Positions 34,520 to 47,433 of a stretch of 64,000 nucleotides of DNA are shown one piece after another. Origin of the DNA: Raillietiella orientalis (Eukaryota). A program made the position numbers and the translations under genes. The stretch spans positions 4,526,001-4,590,000 of the forward strand of contig JAYWIR010000008.1 of assembly GCA_036172245.1 (NCBI GenBank). The letters are read 5' to 3'. The notes below the pieces were generated by a model that was given only the letters and a program-made list of their open reading frames with translations, was not told the DNA's origin and ran no database searches. Position 1 is the stretch's first letter; each line of letters begins with the position of its first letter.

Positions 34520-36599
34520 TTACAACATGAAAGAGATGGCTCGCAGCTTTGCTTTAGATTTTGGAATCGCCAGATGAGAGAGAAAGCGGAGGCATACGCG
34601 TTGCTTCCTTTCGGATCCTCAACGTTGGTCCAATGATCTCGGTGGAAGGAGTGCCTTTCTTGACGCACATTCCTGCCTCGAGATCTTTACATTCTGGCAG
34701 CGACCACATGTTTCGCTCTGGATCTCCCGTCTCGTTCCTCTGATCCATCTTGTTCTCCCTCTGGATCCCCCTTCCTCTTCCTTCCCACTGTCCTCCTCTT
34801 CCCCGCTTTCCCTTCTGCTGCTGCTACACCTCTTGATTTTTTTCGGAGCGACTCCAGAATCAACAAACTTCACCTGTGGGGTCTCTGAGGCTGCTCCGGG
34901 GTGAGGCGCCTCGCCTTCTGGTTGACGGCTCACGTGTTTACGCGCGAGTTGGGGAAGGACTCGATGTGAAGAGTGCGCGGCACCAGGGAGACAGCAGGGA
35001 GAGGTCGCTCTCTGAGATCCCTAGCAACCACTTCGAGGCACCTGAAATCTTTCCAAAGCTCACTCGGAATCTCGATGTTTCCCTTGCCTCCATTCTCCCT
35101 CGGAATCTCTGTGTTCGCTCTCTCCTAGAAAAAACATTTCAGAGACGCCTCTTTTCTCACGCGACAGCACGGGACAGCACCTGCAGCACTCCGAGGGTCC
35201 ATGGTACGCTAGCAGATTCCCGGATGCGTCCATCTCGAAGGCGGTGGCAGTTATGATCTCTTCGCGACGCCTCGGGGAGTGGTATCCTTAGTCCTCGCCC
35301 CAGCTCCCATGGCATCTGACATGGTCGGAAAACTGGAAACATCCCGAATGGCCAAATACGTGATTGAGTGAATTGTTTGCTCCATCAACTTGATCTCCAA
35401 GACCAAAACTTCTCCACTTGTTGCACTCGACCCCGGGATTCACTGCACAGGACCTTCCGCCACCATGCTCACCGCTCTTGCGAGCTGTCCATCGGACAGT
35501 GGATGCAGAATGTAAGGTACTTTAGGTTTCCGGGATGTCCCAGGGTAGCCCTTGCTTCTGGACGGCGTTTCGAGCGATGATTCCTTCCTTCGCTGACGTT
35601 CCAGAATGCAGCCGAGGGTCAGTAATGGTGGACCGGAAGAACAGAAACCCAGAGAAAGCGTGCGCACGAGACGTGGATGCGTTCCCCAGTGAGATGTTTC
35701 GACTAGACTTATCCAAGATGTTTACGAAAGCGTCCCAGAAAAGTGACTTGCAAGTTGCAGGAAAATAAATTTCGCTTTCCATATCTCAAGAGTACGAATT
35801 ACATTACGATGCTTGTCGTTAATGGTACATGGGTTAGCGAGCGAATAACACGGCGAACGTCTTCTTGCTGCTCATCACGGATTATAGTTGGTGGCCGACC
35901 GATGCCTAATAACGAATTGTGAAAGGGAGGAAGTGGTTCTCTCGGATGAAGCATTGGATCCGTGCTCCCACCTGATGGTGAGAACCCAGCTCGCACCAAC
36001 GTCATGTACTTCGTCTTGGATCTCTCGTGAAGCGTGTCGGCTGCTCTCGCCATCTATCCGCCGACGTCCAAACACAGCTTCCCCATAATGCGCCGGAACG
36101 ACGGACGACCTTGGTCTTGAATCTCCAAACCAGCATGGTGACGCACTTTTCAATGCATCCCCCTTGCCGCCTGCAAGGACATTTCTTGGCTTTTTTCTTT
36201 TCCTTTTCCTGTCTTTGTTCTCGTTTCACACTTCGACATCGGCTTCTCCTCCCAAAATATTTTGGTTTTACCTTAATAATTTCTTCTGATCCGTTCTTCG
36301 AGGGAGACAAGGGAACACACAAAAACCTCTCGTGATCAGACATTTGCGAGTTTCTATGAAGGAAAAATCGCCACCGTTTTTTTTTAAAAAAAAAAATGAC
36401 GAAAGAAGACAAAAAAAAAACGTCCGCATAACATCTGGGCTGATCGATAAGCCGGAAATCGTTTCTCAGCAACCAAAGAGCGGCTCATTGTCTCTAGAGA
36501 TGATATCAGTGAACACAAAAGCCGATTCCCGTGATGGATGCTTACAGAGCGTTGGCGGTGGTGCTACAATTATCGTAGTGCGTTGCCAGCGTCGGGGGA

Positions 36600-37300
36600 C
36601 TGGACATTTCTGGACATCATAAGACCATTCATCAAGAGGGTTTAAATACTAGTGGACGACGAAGAATGTGTGGGTACTGAATCGCTCGAGGAGAGTCTTG
36701 ACCTTCCAATTTTGCCGGACGAAGCGAGCAACTTCTCAGCAGACAGCTGCTTCAAACCCCCAACCTCTCCGGGTCCAGCAGCACAGAGTTCATCGCGAAG
36801 AACCAAAGAACACCTTTGGTGACGAAGAGGAGATTGGCAACCCACCCACCTGCGGGAGAAGATTCAGAGGAATTCCTGCCACCATCCATTGAGGAAAAAT
36901 GAAACAGGCTCTGTTAGCGAAGTCGGAGCGTCCGGCGGGGCAAAGGTTAAAAACAAAGATGAGCCGAAGACCCCATTTGGAAAGATGAGGAAGAAAATCA
37001 CCTCCGATGCACGAACTGTCCAGAGCCACCACGAGATGCCCGACCAAGGACTGCCACGTCCTACAGCCACGGTATCGTGTGCCAGCCGGCACACTTTAGG
37101 TTTAGTGGAGAGCATTCAGGACATGGGACCCGATGATTTCGCCGTGGGGGGCACGGCTTCGCCCGCTGCCTGCGAGAACGACGTCCACCAGGAACGGGCA
37201 CCATCGTGCCTGCAAGGAGGTCTACGTCATGGGAAGAATCCTTCAGCCACGTCCTCATCCCCTGCTCTGGCAGCCTCGAGTCGGCTCACCGAGGGGCTGG
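36600..37300 (+). mobile_element. Possible RTE-like LINE reverse transcriptase relic
   Basis: ILVDD followed by a KTPFGKMRKK block resembling the RI.KA..AFG.L region of RTE RTs; heavily decayed. Confidence 0.3.
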
Positions 37301-37659
37301 ATGAAGGCTAGCAGCCCGGATTATGAGGGGGAAACTCTCCAAGAAATCCGGAAACCGGTGGCCTCCAGTCAACGCATACCGGATGTAGGTTCCAAACTCG
37401 GGCCCTATCCGCTGCTCCCGAGCAACCCAGGAACGATCGTTCCTGGACGTCGCTTGCGCCTATGAGTCGCCAGTTTTCCGCCTCAAAGGATATAAGAAAA
37501 CGCAAAGGGTGCAAGCATCCCACAGCCAGGGCAGTACTCGCTCCGGTGCGAGCGACTGCCACAGGATTCAATTGCTTGAGAAGGGAGAGACCAGGATCCC
37601 TAGGAGGCGGGCAGAACGCATCGGGAGAGAGGTTTGAACCTGGTCACGCAGGGACGTTT

Positions 37660-39100
37660 ATTTGTAAAAACAAACCACAAACTTGAAGGGATATGCATCC
37701 CCTCAAGACACAAGAAACTCCCATACAGAAAGTTCAACCCGGAAGGACCACCGGCACGCAGGCCGGCTTCAAAAAGAAGGGAACGGAGGGAGAGGGGAAC
37801 AAAATAAACAAAAAGAACAGGGGAGGGTGGGGACAGGGATCTTTGGCTTCAAACGTTCCTCATCTTTCTAGAAGCGCCGCTTGACGATGGCGACTTCCCT
37901 GGAAACCTTTCTGGGCAGATGAGGCCACGTTGCAGCTTCCTTCATAAGGTTGGCGGCTATCCTGGTGGCGTCCTTTCGCTGCGAGCTTCCTTGTAGCTTA
38001 CGGCGGGTCGTCGCGATGGCGCGGATGCAACAGATTGTTGCGATCACAGAGCCTTTTTTCAGTCCGTCTTCGCTGAAGAAGCGTCGCAGCTGGTCAATGG
38101 CAGTGTCCTGGGGACGACGAAGTGCCGAAGCGAGCCTCCGCCATAACTCCCGCAAGTTACTGCAGTCCAGGAGCAGGTGCGGAAGCGATTCTATCGCCCC
38201 CGCACTTGAGACAGTTCGGGGAGGCAACTCCCCTCGAAACCAAGTGTCTGCGCTTATTGCACTGAAAACCCCAGTGCAGGAATAGCAGAATATCCTGTTT
38301 CCATCGAAGCGGGAACACGGAGGTGTCCACACACAGGGGAGGGACCACGAGTTCTTCGGAAAGTAAACCAAGAAGCTCACTCCACCGAAGGAGTCCCTTT
38401 GCCCGGTAACGAGGAGTGGCAGCCTCTACCAACATGCTCGTTTTGCAGCTGCTCAGCAGTCTTTCCACTCCTGCAATGCTGCAGAAGAACTCCCACCCTG
38501 CCGGTTGGCTACCGTCGTTGTTTGCCCTGAGAGCAGACAGCGCTGCGGCGAGGGGTCATCGGGAGAGAGGTGGAGCGCGCTCGAACGTACAACACTTTCG
38601 GTGCTGGAAGCTCAAGGAGGCACACTGGCCAGGATGCCGCCACCTTCAAGAAGCGCTGCCTCGTCAGAAGTAGGGAACGAAGAGATGGGTTGCGAAGAAG
38701 GCGGAAGGCGGTTCCCTTGGCGTGCTTTCCAGATGACGGATGCGGATGATCAACTGACTGCTGCATCCGAAATGAAGAACAGCGTAGACATCGTTCCCGA
38801 ATCCACTGGAAGGTTTCACTACAAGACCTTGAGAAAGACAACATGCACTCCACCAGAATGAGCTTCAGCAACATGGCTTTTGGCATTCCCGGATAGGTGC
38901 TGCTTCGGTTTCCTTGAAAACTCTCCAGCCTCCAGCGGTGGACCACGGAAAACCTGCCACTACGAATGGCCGCATGCCGCCATCTGATTTGTCCGCGCTT
39001 GCGTTGACGGGCGATGCTTCCGATTGTCAACGCGACCGATGACCAAGGAATTCTTTGCCACCTTCATCGCCTGACCGTCCCCTTCGCTTCATCTTCCTGC
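37660..39100 (-). mobile_element. L1/Tx1-like LINE 3' fragment (zf-RVT)
   Basis: WKQDILLFLHWG...SPNCLKCG / IESLPHLLLDCSNLRELW (frameshifted CxxC...H...C), then AATWPHL and a T-rich 3' UTR. Confidence 0.75.
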
Positions 39101-39469
39101 TCGGGGCTGCGGCCTCATGAGAACTTCCTCATCTGACCGGTGGTCCAACGTGCGTGCCGCCGCTGAATCTTCCAGTAGCATTGCGTTGAAGCACATCTTC
39201 CTCCCCCCTCCACACACATCTTTACCCCCTGATGTTCCCTGTCGATGGCTCCAGCTCTCTTTATACCCCTTCTTTTGCTGGATCCCACGATCCTAGAGAT
39301 TCTGAGAAGATCACTCTGACTCCTGTCTTCAACCTGGTCACCGCTGAGACGTCCGGTTAAATCCAAAGTATGAAATGGCCATCGAGGCCTGCTATGAGTC
39401 ACAGGTCGACTTCATGCAGGCAAAAAGGGGAAAAAAAGGGAAAAAGAGAGAAGTGTTATCTGATGTAGG

Positions 39470-40235
39470 CACCCCAGGCACCCCAGAAGGGGGGTTCCGT
39501 CCTATGAATCCAGGAAGGGCTCGGAGTCCGTTCCTCTCACGCTTGGGGGGATCGCACCTCCCACCCTGGTTGTCTCCGAAGGGAATCTCTTTCCTCATTC
39601 TCTCCGGAGGGACACCCCCCCTCCTCAATGGGGAGGGGTTGTCCTCTCCATTTCAACTTCATTTCAACTCCTCCGAAGGGAACCCAGAAAAGATCCGCTA
39701 GTAGGAATTTCTTCTCCGGAGGGCACCCGCAAGGGAACCGCTCGTGTTCACTCCTCTGAAGAGATCCCCTAAGGGACGCTTCCGAAACTCAGGAGGGGCG
39801 CTGCAGCTTCCCGCAGGGAATCGCTCTCGCCTGCTTCCTTGCACTATTGCACTCTGTGAAGAGGCGACGACTCAGAGGGTAACCCCCGCTAAGGGGGGTC
39901 CGCTCCATCGAACAACTAGGGAAGGTGCCCGCGAGGGCTCCTGCTCCATGTTGAAGCCGGAAGGGCACCCCCGCTAAGGGGGTCCGCTCTCCGTTGTACG
40001 ACCGGAGGGGGAAATTGGATTCCTGGAAGGACCCGAAGATCGACTAACATTGTTCCGGCCTTCATCAGAGGCCTCCGGTTTAAACGACCAGCGGTGCCAC
40101 GCCCGAATGTCTCGGCCAACCAGGAGAAACCCGGAAGCCAACGACGCAGTGGAGTCGGTTTCTGCCGAAGTATTCGATCCCGCGACGCATGGTGCCACGC
40201 GCGGAAGTCTTAACCACAAGGCCTCCGACGCGGGC
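39470..40235 (-). mobile_element. tRNA-headed SINE copy flanked by a 17-bp target-site duplication
   Basis: gtgttatctgatgtagg at 39453-39469 and 40236-40252; A-box-like ggccttgtggttaag and B-box-like GGATCGAATAC (40180-40170) at the minus-strand 5' end. Confidence 0.8.
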
Positions 40236-40259
40236 GTGTTATCTGATGTAGGGTTAACT

Positions 40260-41105
40260 AAAGGTCAACTCTCCTTCGATGGAGTCCGCTTCTTGAAGAA
40301 CTTGTGCTTCCTCTCCAAGGTCCGGACACGTCTGCGTGCCCACTCTCCTGGACACAGGAGGCGCTGCTGCTCTTTCTACACAGGGGATTCCAGTGCAAGG
40401 AGCTCTAGCACCCCCGTTGCTGAGTGGGTTGCACCCCCGATCTGCACCAGGCGCAGGTCGGCTGAGTTGATCCCGCTGCACCTTGCTTTTCGACTGCGGT
40501 GCCCTCCGGGAACTGTGGCAGAGGCTGGCAACAGTGATCCTGCGCCAGGAGGACACCGCCCCTAATGTGCAGCGGCGGTTCTTCGTACCAAGAGGACTTT
40601 CGATGGGTGCGGTGATCGCAATGATGGGTTGCCATCGTCACGGCCCGCCATGTGCTGGAGAGCCAAGAGAGGTCACCGGGATGGCAGCCTCCTACGTGAG
40701 GACAGCTGCAAGGTGGACTCACCTTCAAGAAGTAGTGAAGGAGAAGATCTCCGGCATCCAGCACCTGAAGTCGGTCGTTCCTTCTGAAGTGAAGGAACGA
40801 CCAATACCGGTGACCTTTGTCCCCGCTCTCCTTTTTTCATTTTGTTTTTTTATTGCCCACTCCTTTTTGCTTCGTACCTTAACCGGTTTTTGTGCATTGA
40901 TCCCAGTATATACGGAGCAACACCGAAGACCTTTGCCCTATCCCTCACGTATTTCCTTATTTTTGTTGTTGTCGCCTTCCCGTCCCTTCCGTTCCGGACT
41001 TTCGGGTATCCCGACCTGTGTGTCGGTAGACCCTCCCACTGGACTTCTTTTGTCTTCGGTTAGGAACTGCGTGTTCCCAACTGGTTTATTTTTTACTCAA
41101 TAAAC
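40260..41105 (+). mobile_element. L1/Tx1-like LINE 3' fragment
   Basis: HLLFDCGALRELWQRLA...RRFF...GAVIA...AARWTHL aligns with the 37.9-38.2 kb copy; T-rich tail with aataaa near 41100. Confidence 0.75.
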
Positions 41106-41129
41106 GCCTCCGGGAGTGGCCGGATGAAA

Positions 41130-41340
41130 AAATACAGATCATTTAGAGGAAGGGGAGGAAAGAAAACGTCTCCAGGTGTTCATCCTGCGTCTTCCTTGCA
41201 GTCTGCCGGAAGTGCTGGTGGTGTTCTCCTTGATTTCCGATCGGGTATGAGGCCATCTCGCCACCCTCATCATCATGGAGAAAACGGAACAATTAGCCGC
41301 TCCCCGCCCCTTACGTCCACGAAGCAGAGAGCCACCACCT
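41130..41340 (-). mobile_element. Short 3'-terminal fragment of the same LINE family
   Basis: MMRVARWPH matches the A.RWPHL terminal motif of the other copies. Confidence 0.4.
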
Positions 41341-42449
41341 TCCGTCGCCTTGCCTCCTCGAGTGCTCCGTGGGATCCGGGAATGGGCCGGTTGGAGACCT
41401 CTACACAAACTGTACTAGTGCTCCATCAGGCATGGAACGTGGGGTTCCGAGTGATGTGCAGCAGTCCACCTTCGGTCTCTCGGTGCGGCTGTCCCTGGAG
41501 CTTACGTTGCTGTGGTACCCAACTTCGAGCCCTCTGATGGCATGTGCCCTCCCACACCTCCAAGTCCACAGTGAGTGCGTGGGTTTAGAGGAGGCGGGGA
41601 CTAGTTCGTACTCCTGGCTGGTTCGTGGCCACCTTCGGACCCACCCCCTACTTCTCTGTGCGAGGAACGTTCCTCTTCTGGGTTCTCCGATGGCGTGCAG
41701 TTCTGTCTTCGTCCTCGGCTGGTCTGACTAAAAATCTTCATGGCGAACATGATTTTTCCGTATTCTTCAGTCTCCTTGGTGTTTCTCTTGTCGCCAGGAA
41801 TGGACCACGGAACGCGCATGCAAACGACCGCATGAGGTCATCCAAAAATGCTTCCAGTCGGAACCCCAACTGCCCGTGCGTCCTGCCATTCTTCGTTTTC
41901 TTTTTCCGACGAGCGGAAGCGGTCTGGGAGTCAGTTCTGGCAACCTCTGCCCTGCTCGCCACGACGGCTCGTTTTTCGGGAAGCCATCTTGATCATTTAC
42001 CATTAGGGCCGCGCGAATGATACCTTCTGCTTGGAGAGATCGCGCTCCCAACGTCCTAATCGAGGGGGGCCGTCCGAGAAAATGCCATCAACCGCCCTTG
42101 TTCTACAGTGTACCGCCGGACAAGCGAACGTGCGTCATCCTGGGAGCCAGGTCCTATTGAAGTTTCCACGACCCAGAAACCCGCGGGTCTCTCCTCCCTG
42201 GTGCCTTAAAGAGGATTCGGCACGGTCTTGCCACAGAGGGTGTTTGTCCTCCTCAACAAAAGTAATCGAAAACGGACCACCTCGTAGGTTTACCTGAGCG
42301 CTTTTCACCCCCTGCCCCTCCCCAACCGTTCCCTAAGACTCGATCTCCTTCCTCTCCTTGCCGAATCTGAACCTGTACTTTCTACTGAGATTAAAGAAAA
42401 AAATCGAGAAGACACTGGAGTTACCGATCAGGCAGTTTCCTCACCTTTA

Positions 42450-42950
42450 ATTAGCCCAGAAGCAAGATCGCACGCTTGGCAGATCCCAATGCCACAAATT
42501 CCTCTCAAAATCACCATGGCAATGAATCGCACCAGCCGATTTCAACGTACCCCCTCGAAGTGAAGCGTGGGTTACCAGAGATGTCTTTATGGGTTGCATA
42601 TGGTCGCTGAGGTCTTTAAGTGGATCTCACTTCTCCAGACCACCAAACACTCCAAAGCATTTCTCTAGCTGATGAGAGTCACATCTCCTTTACGATTTCA
42701 CCAAAGTCTCGGTTCGCTTTTTCTTTCTTTTGGGCTTCGTGGACGAGTCGCTTTCAGGAGGCAAGTTTCCGGTATTCTCCATGGCCGCAGGGCAGGAAAC
42801 AACCTTCTGCCTGACTTTGGAGTGGATGCACCAGACTGGATCGTTTTTCCACGGCATGCAGATCTGCGAAAGACTGACTGGCCTGTTCCCATTTATTCAC
42901 GCGCACGTCCACACTTCTCTTGAAGCGGCAGGACTCCACGTGGCTGTTGC
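42450..42950 (-). mobile_element. Possible RTE-like LINE C-terminal relic
   Basis: DVRVNK...ASQSFADL resembles the D..RI.KA..AF..L block; decayed. Confidence 0.3.
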
Positions 42951-43199
42951 TGTATTGGAGCCTCTCGTGCAGCGACCGCAGACACCACCGGCACCTAGTG
43001 ACTCCAGGGCGTTTATTCTAAAGTGAAAAGTAAACAAAATAGGACATCAACCCTACCAGACCTCAAGAGATCAAAGACGAGGACTGAAGCACCGACTCTC
43101 GAGTCACCTACACGGGGCAGGAAAGGTTAAGAGGAGGGAACATCAGGCAAATAAGGGAGAAAGTGGTCTGCTGGAACCACAAGGAAGTGCAGTTCCGAA

Positions 43200-43680
43200 C
43201 TGTGCCAGCTACGAAGAACTAGATTTGATCCTTCCCACACCTGTCAGTGGACTGTGTGTGGCCCTCTGTGATGCACGCGAGGGTCCACGTTTTGCCAAGG
43301 CCGCCAGCTCTCGATAGACAACACCAGGGACGTTTTAAAGAGCCTCTTAGTGCATAGTGCAGTGTCGCCAGCAGAAGCGATCACTGCAGCCTGCTGTCTT
43401 CGTGAGGTAGTCGTGGCACGACACGCAGCTGCAAGAAGAGCGGGCGATAAGGATGCCATCCGAGTTGTCCTCCCTCCTTCTGAAAGAGGACGACGAGATG
43501 GTCCTCCTACCTGAAGAGATACAAAGGGGAACCGACCTGTGATCTTTCAGAGGATGCAGACGTCTTCCTTGACTTCCTCCCCCACGTTCTGCACCATACG
43601 AATAACTATTATTCTTCTAGTTTTGCCCTCCCCTACTTCCCAAAGCGTACCTGCCGGTCAACAGGCGACTGATTACATGA
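43200..43680 (+). mobile_element. Degraded 3' end of the L1/Tx1-like family
   Basis: aaggatgccatccgagttg...acgagatggtc...cagaggatgcagacgtc resembles the terminal block of the other copies. Confidence 0.4.
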
Positions 43681-43739
43681 GATCTATCCTCCAGTGGTAG
43701 GACCTGGAGGACTTGGTAGGACCTGGAGTTAGGATAATG

Positions 43740-46620
43740 CTATTCATTGTTCGCAGCAAACGTCCGGAGAAACCGGGCTTGGGCCTACTCTTGATTCAGG
43801 GAGAACGCAGCATCCTTTGCACGGAAGCAGCAAACGTTTATCTTGGGACTGAAAAGTAAGCGCAGAGGTCAGCGAATAGTAAGCCATAAAGATGGTTGTT
43901 GGAGCAACAGGTTATTAGGGACGCATGGGAATCTCTGGCAAGGTTAAAGGCGAAGACGAGGAAATCTTCTACTAGGGAACAATCGTGACTCGATGGAAGC
44001 CAACTCACTTCAATTCTTCAGAGCCTAAAAGCGTGCACGCAGGCCCAGTCGGCTCCAAGGTAAACACCGTGTTAGGAGATGGAAAGTTCTTGAATTCCTC
44101 AGGTTTGACTTTGTTTCTAAGAAAATGCAATGCAGTTTGCATTTCCTTAGAAAGCCACTCTGCGCTGTTTACAGTGTTCAACAGTCACTAGTGTTCTGGC
44201 ATCACTGGGATTCACAGTGCCTGCCAATGCTGACGCATAGGGAAAAAAAATTTTCGGAGTGGCAGCAAAAATAAATGAAAATGAATGTTTTATAGAAGTA
44301 ATGAACATTGTACGCACATCATGATGAGAATTTTCCAAGAAAACGAGTCATCACTGAAACAAACGTGAAAATGAGTTGTTAGTGACTGTCTGAAAGTATG
44401 AAAGTCATGGAATGCAATATAATTGTGTTTGTTTGTTTGTTTGTTTTTTGAAAAAAAAAAAATTCATCGCTTTCCTTTTCCGCTTTTGCATATAAAATAC
44501 CACGAGCCAGAGGCAGGTGAAAACCTCCAAGCTAACCACCGCCAAATGAAACACTACATCGTTGCCAAAGACCTCCAGCATCACTCCCGGAAGTGTCCAA
44601 TCTACTCTGGACATCCCCAACAGTAAACTGGAACACCACACTGTCTAAACGAGCGAACCTGAATTGCTGGAGTTGTGTATTCTTCTCGAATCGTCCAAAC
44701 TGGTCCAAGCGTTGTTCCAGAGGTCCATCTTCGTCTCCTTCCCGCTGAAGAGAACCCGCGCACGCTCGCGGCGACCCGCACAACTCGATGTCAAACCATC
44801 CGATGGGATGGGGAGACCCCGTGAAATACGGTAAGCAGGAGCAGCTGCAAAATCTCGTCGGTTTTCTTTCCTTACAGGATGATGGAAAGCTTTGCTCCCT
44901 CATCTGAAAATCACGCAAACCTTAAGTACTCTCGACAGGGTGAGTACCCTTACTTGACGAGGGGGAAAGTAGTATGATCGCAGATTAGACGTCATTAAGT
45001 GGAATTACCCCCAAGTTTCGCGTGATGGAAACCGGAAGAATGATGCTCAAGTAATACATGAAACCTTATTCTTGAGAACTCATTGGCAGAACCGAGGCTC
45101 ATGGTTTTTAAGTTATGAGACGCTCTCCACGAGCTGTTTTACGTCATCCCCCCCCCCCAAAGAAGAATGCAGAGCTGCCTGGAAATCAAGTTAATCGATT
45201 AGAGCAACCGCAGAAAAATAGAAAGCATCAGAGCGCACAAAGTAAGGGAATTATATTGCTATCCAAAAAGGGCGGAAAACTGAGATCGGATTTATTCGAT
45301 TTCGAAAGGGAAACGACAATTTTCGTCGGGAGGCGAGCGAATGTTCCCATCCCTCCAAAACGGAAAGGAAGGGGGAAAAGATGACATTTACGAGGCACAA
45401 GAAAACACGATGCAGGAGAGCAGGGAGCTCACAGAATAGGATCGAGTGACGGAACCTCGAACGCCAAACCTTCCCCGAGACCTCCAGCTCGAAACGGGAT
45501 TCCGGGACTGAAGGACTACGACGGGACGAACTCTCTCGCATGGGAAGTACCACATGGGAAACGCGCTCCGCCCGAATGGGCATCCCCCGTTCCAGTTGGC
45601 TCCGCTCTGGAGGTGACTGCCAAAGGGCGCAAGAGTCAGCAGCACGCGGTGACTTCCACCGCAACCTCGTCGAAGGCGTCTGAAACCGTACGACCACGCA
45701 AAATGCGAAACTCCTCCAAGAAGAAAGCAACGCAACGTCCATGGCTCTGCCTTGAAATCTTTGCACGGATTATTTTTTTTGGATCACCGAAAGTGTCCGC
45801 GCTCCCTCTAACACGTTTCGCTGCTTTGGAGAGTGTTTCGAAGAGTGAGAACCGCTTCTGCACGGGGGGGGGGGAGGGGGGCAAAATAAAATAATGCTGA
45901 CAGCTGCTTACAAAAAAAAACTTCATGATAATGTAAATCGCTCGGACTTATGGGAGAGAGATGCATAAGAAATTCGCAAGAAAAAGAAAAAAAGGATCGA
46001 AAGAGAACAAACGCTAAAAGTACTCGCTAATTAAAAAAAAAAAAAAAAAGGGTATTTTGAAGCGACACAGAAATCACATCACCGTACAGAGTGGTTAAGA
46101 ACCGACGGCTAGGGAAGCGATCCCGAAAATTCATCCAAGATTCAAATGAACTCTTCCGCGATCCACTTAGTGGACCACAGTCAGAGACGGTCAGTTTGCC
46201 CTCTTCGAGTACCAAAACGCGTTAGCTTGGCACTTCCGGACAGCAACGCACCCGTTTCCGGAAAGAGCAAAGAGTGCCCTCGGGGCATTGAACAGAGCAG
46301 CGCGTTTCCAATCGGCACGGCACGGATCGCTACCAACAGAAACATTCCAAAGATGCAGAATTGACATTTTCAAAGGTGGAAACGCCGCCATTTGCTTACT
46401 GTTCAAAGGTGTTGCCGAGCATGCCAACGGCATTTCATGCTTTGATTTTCCGGCACTTTCCTCCCTCCGACCGGGGCAATTTCCAATCTGTCTTCCTCGT
46501 TGCTCAGAAACCGTGGCTGTGGGCACACTTTGCAATTCGGCAGCGCTTCCGGACGTGGAGAAAACCTGAAAAACTAAGGAACCTGAAAGTACTCTGTGAA
46601 CATCGACTGATGCTTTCTCC
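43740..46620 (-). mobile_element. Degraded piggyBac-like (PGBD) transposase relic 1
   Basis: Ordered decayed motifs on the minus strand: VFQVF (~46570), ALSGNG...AFW (~46260), MNFRDRF (~46130), AFDEVAV (~45670), FPMW...FELEVSGK (~45480-45560), PYFT (~44825). Boundaries approximate. Confidence 0.5.
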
Positions 46621-47433
46621 TCTTGGCTGAAGATCTTCAGGGAATCTTCACGAAGGCACTTCCTATAAACGTATAAAGAACTGAAAAAGTGGGCTTTATC
46701 ATTTTATTGGCTGGAGGTAATCTTAACACTGTGACGAGGAACGCCTGCAGTTTTCGAAAAAACACTACAAAGGTCTGTACATTCTTGAAATGAATATTTT
46801 AGAAGATTTTTCTTATCAAATTACATTTTAATGCTATCATGTGACACCATCAAGAATAAGACGCGAAATGACGGCTCCATCAATACAAGATGACAACTAC
46901 ACATAGTTGAAATACACAGTTCCTCTTGTGAATGTTCCTGGTCGGGGATCGCTATTAAAATATTTTAAAAATAAACCTTCTTGGGGCTGAAAAATCTACA
47001 GACACGATTCACAGGGTCATGACGATCAGTAACGGCGAATCCATTCTACAAGACATTGTGAATCAAAAGTAATGAACAGGGTATTCAAACTAAGCACACC
47101 ATGTCTGAATTTCCGCCTTCAAGCAGTTTCATAAGAGCACTGCTAATCAATACAGTGACGCATCAATGTAACCAACAAGGCAGTCCAAACAGTATATAAA
47201 AATAAAAATTGAGATTTAACATAACTTTTTGTTAAATGTTAACTATAAGCTCATCACAATTCGCTGCCTGCATATTTGAAGAATAAATGGATTTCAGGTT
47301 CGGTAGATGCCCTGCTAAGACGATTCCTTTCTTTCATGGATCCAACATGTAGCAGTCAAAAAAAAAAGGGGCCAATCAGACTCGAAATACTGTGCTGGCA
47401 ACCAGTACACTTTTGTTGACGTGAAGTAAGGCT

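Noticed and set aside
35340..35920. Tc1-like transposase relic (GRPP..., WRKVLCSES) on the minus strand
   Set aside because: Only two short motifs, with no TIRs or later catalytic residues found; too weak to call.
43695..43728. 15-bp direct repeat tggtaggacctggag
   Set aside because: Only 4 nt apart; a local tandem duplication, not a TSD around an element.
44181..44389. 10-bp inverted repeat around a 209-bp AT-rich segment (possible MITE)
   Set aside because: Short, no target-site duplication and no second copy in the window.
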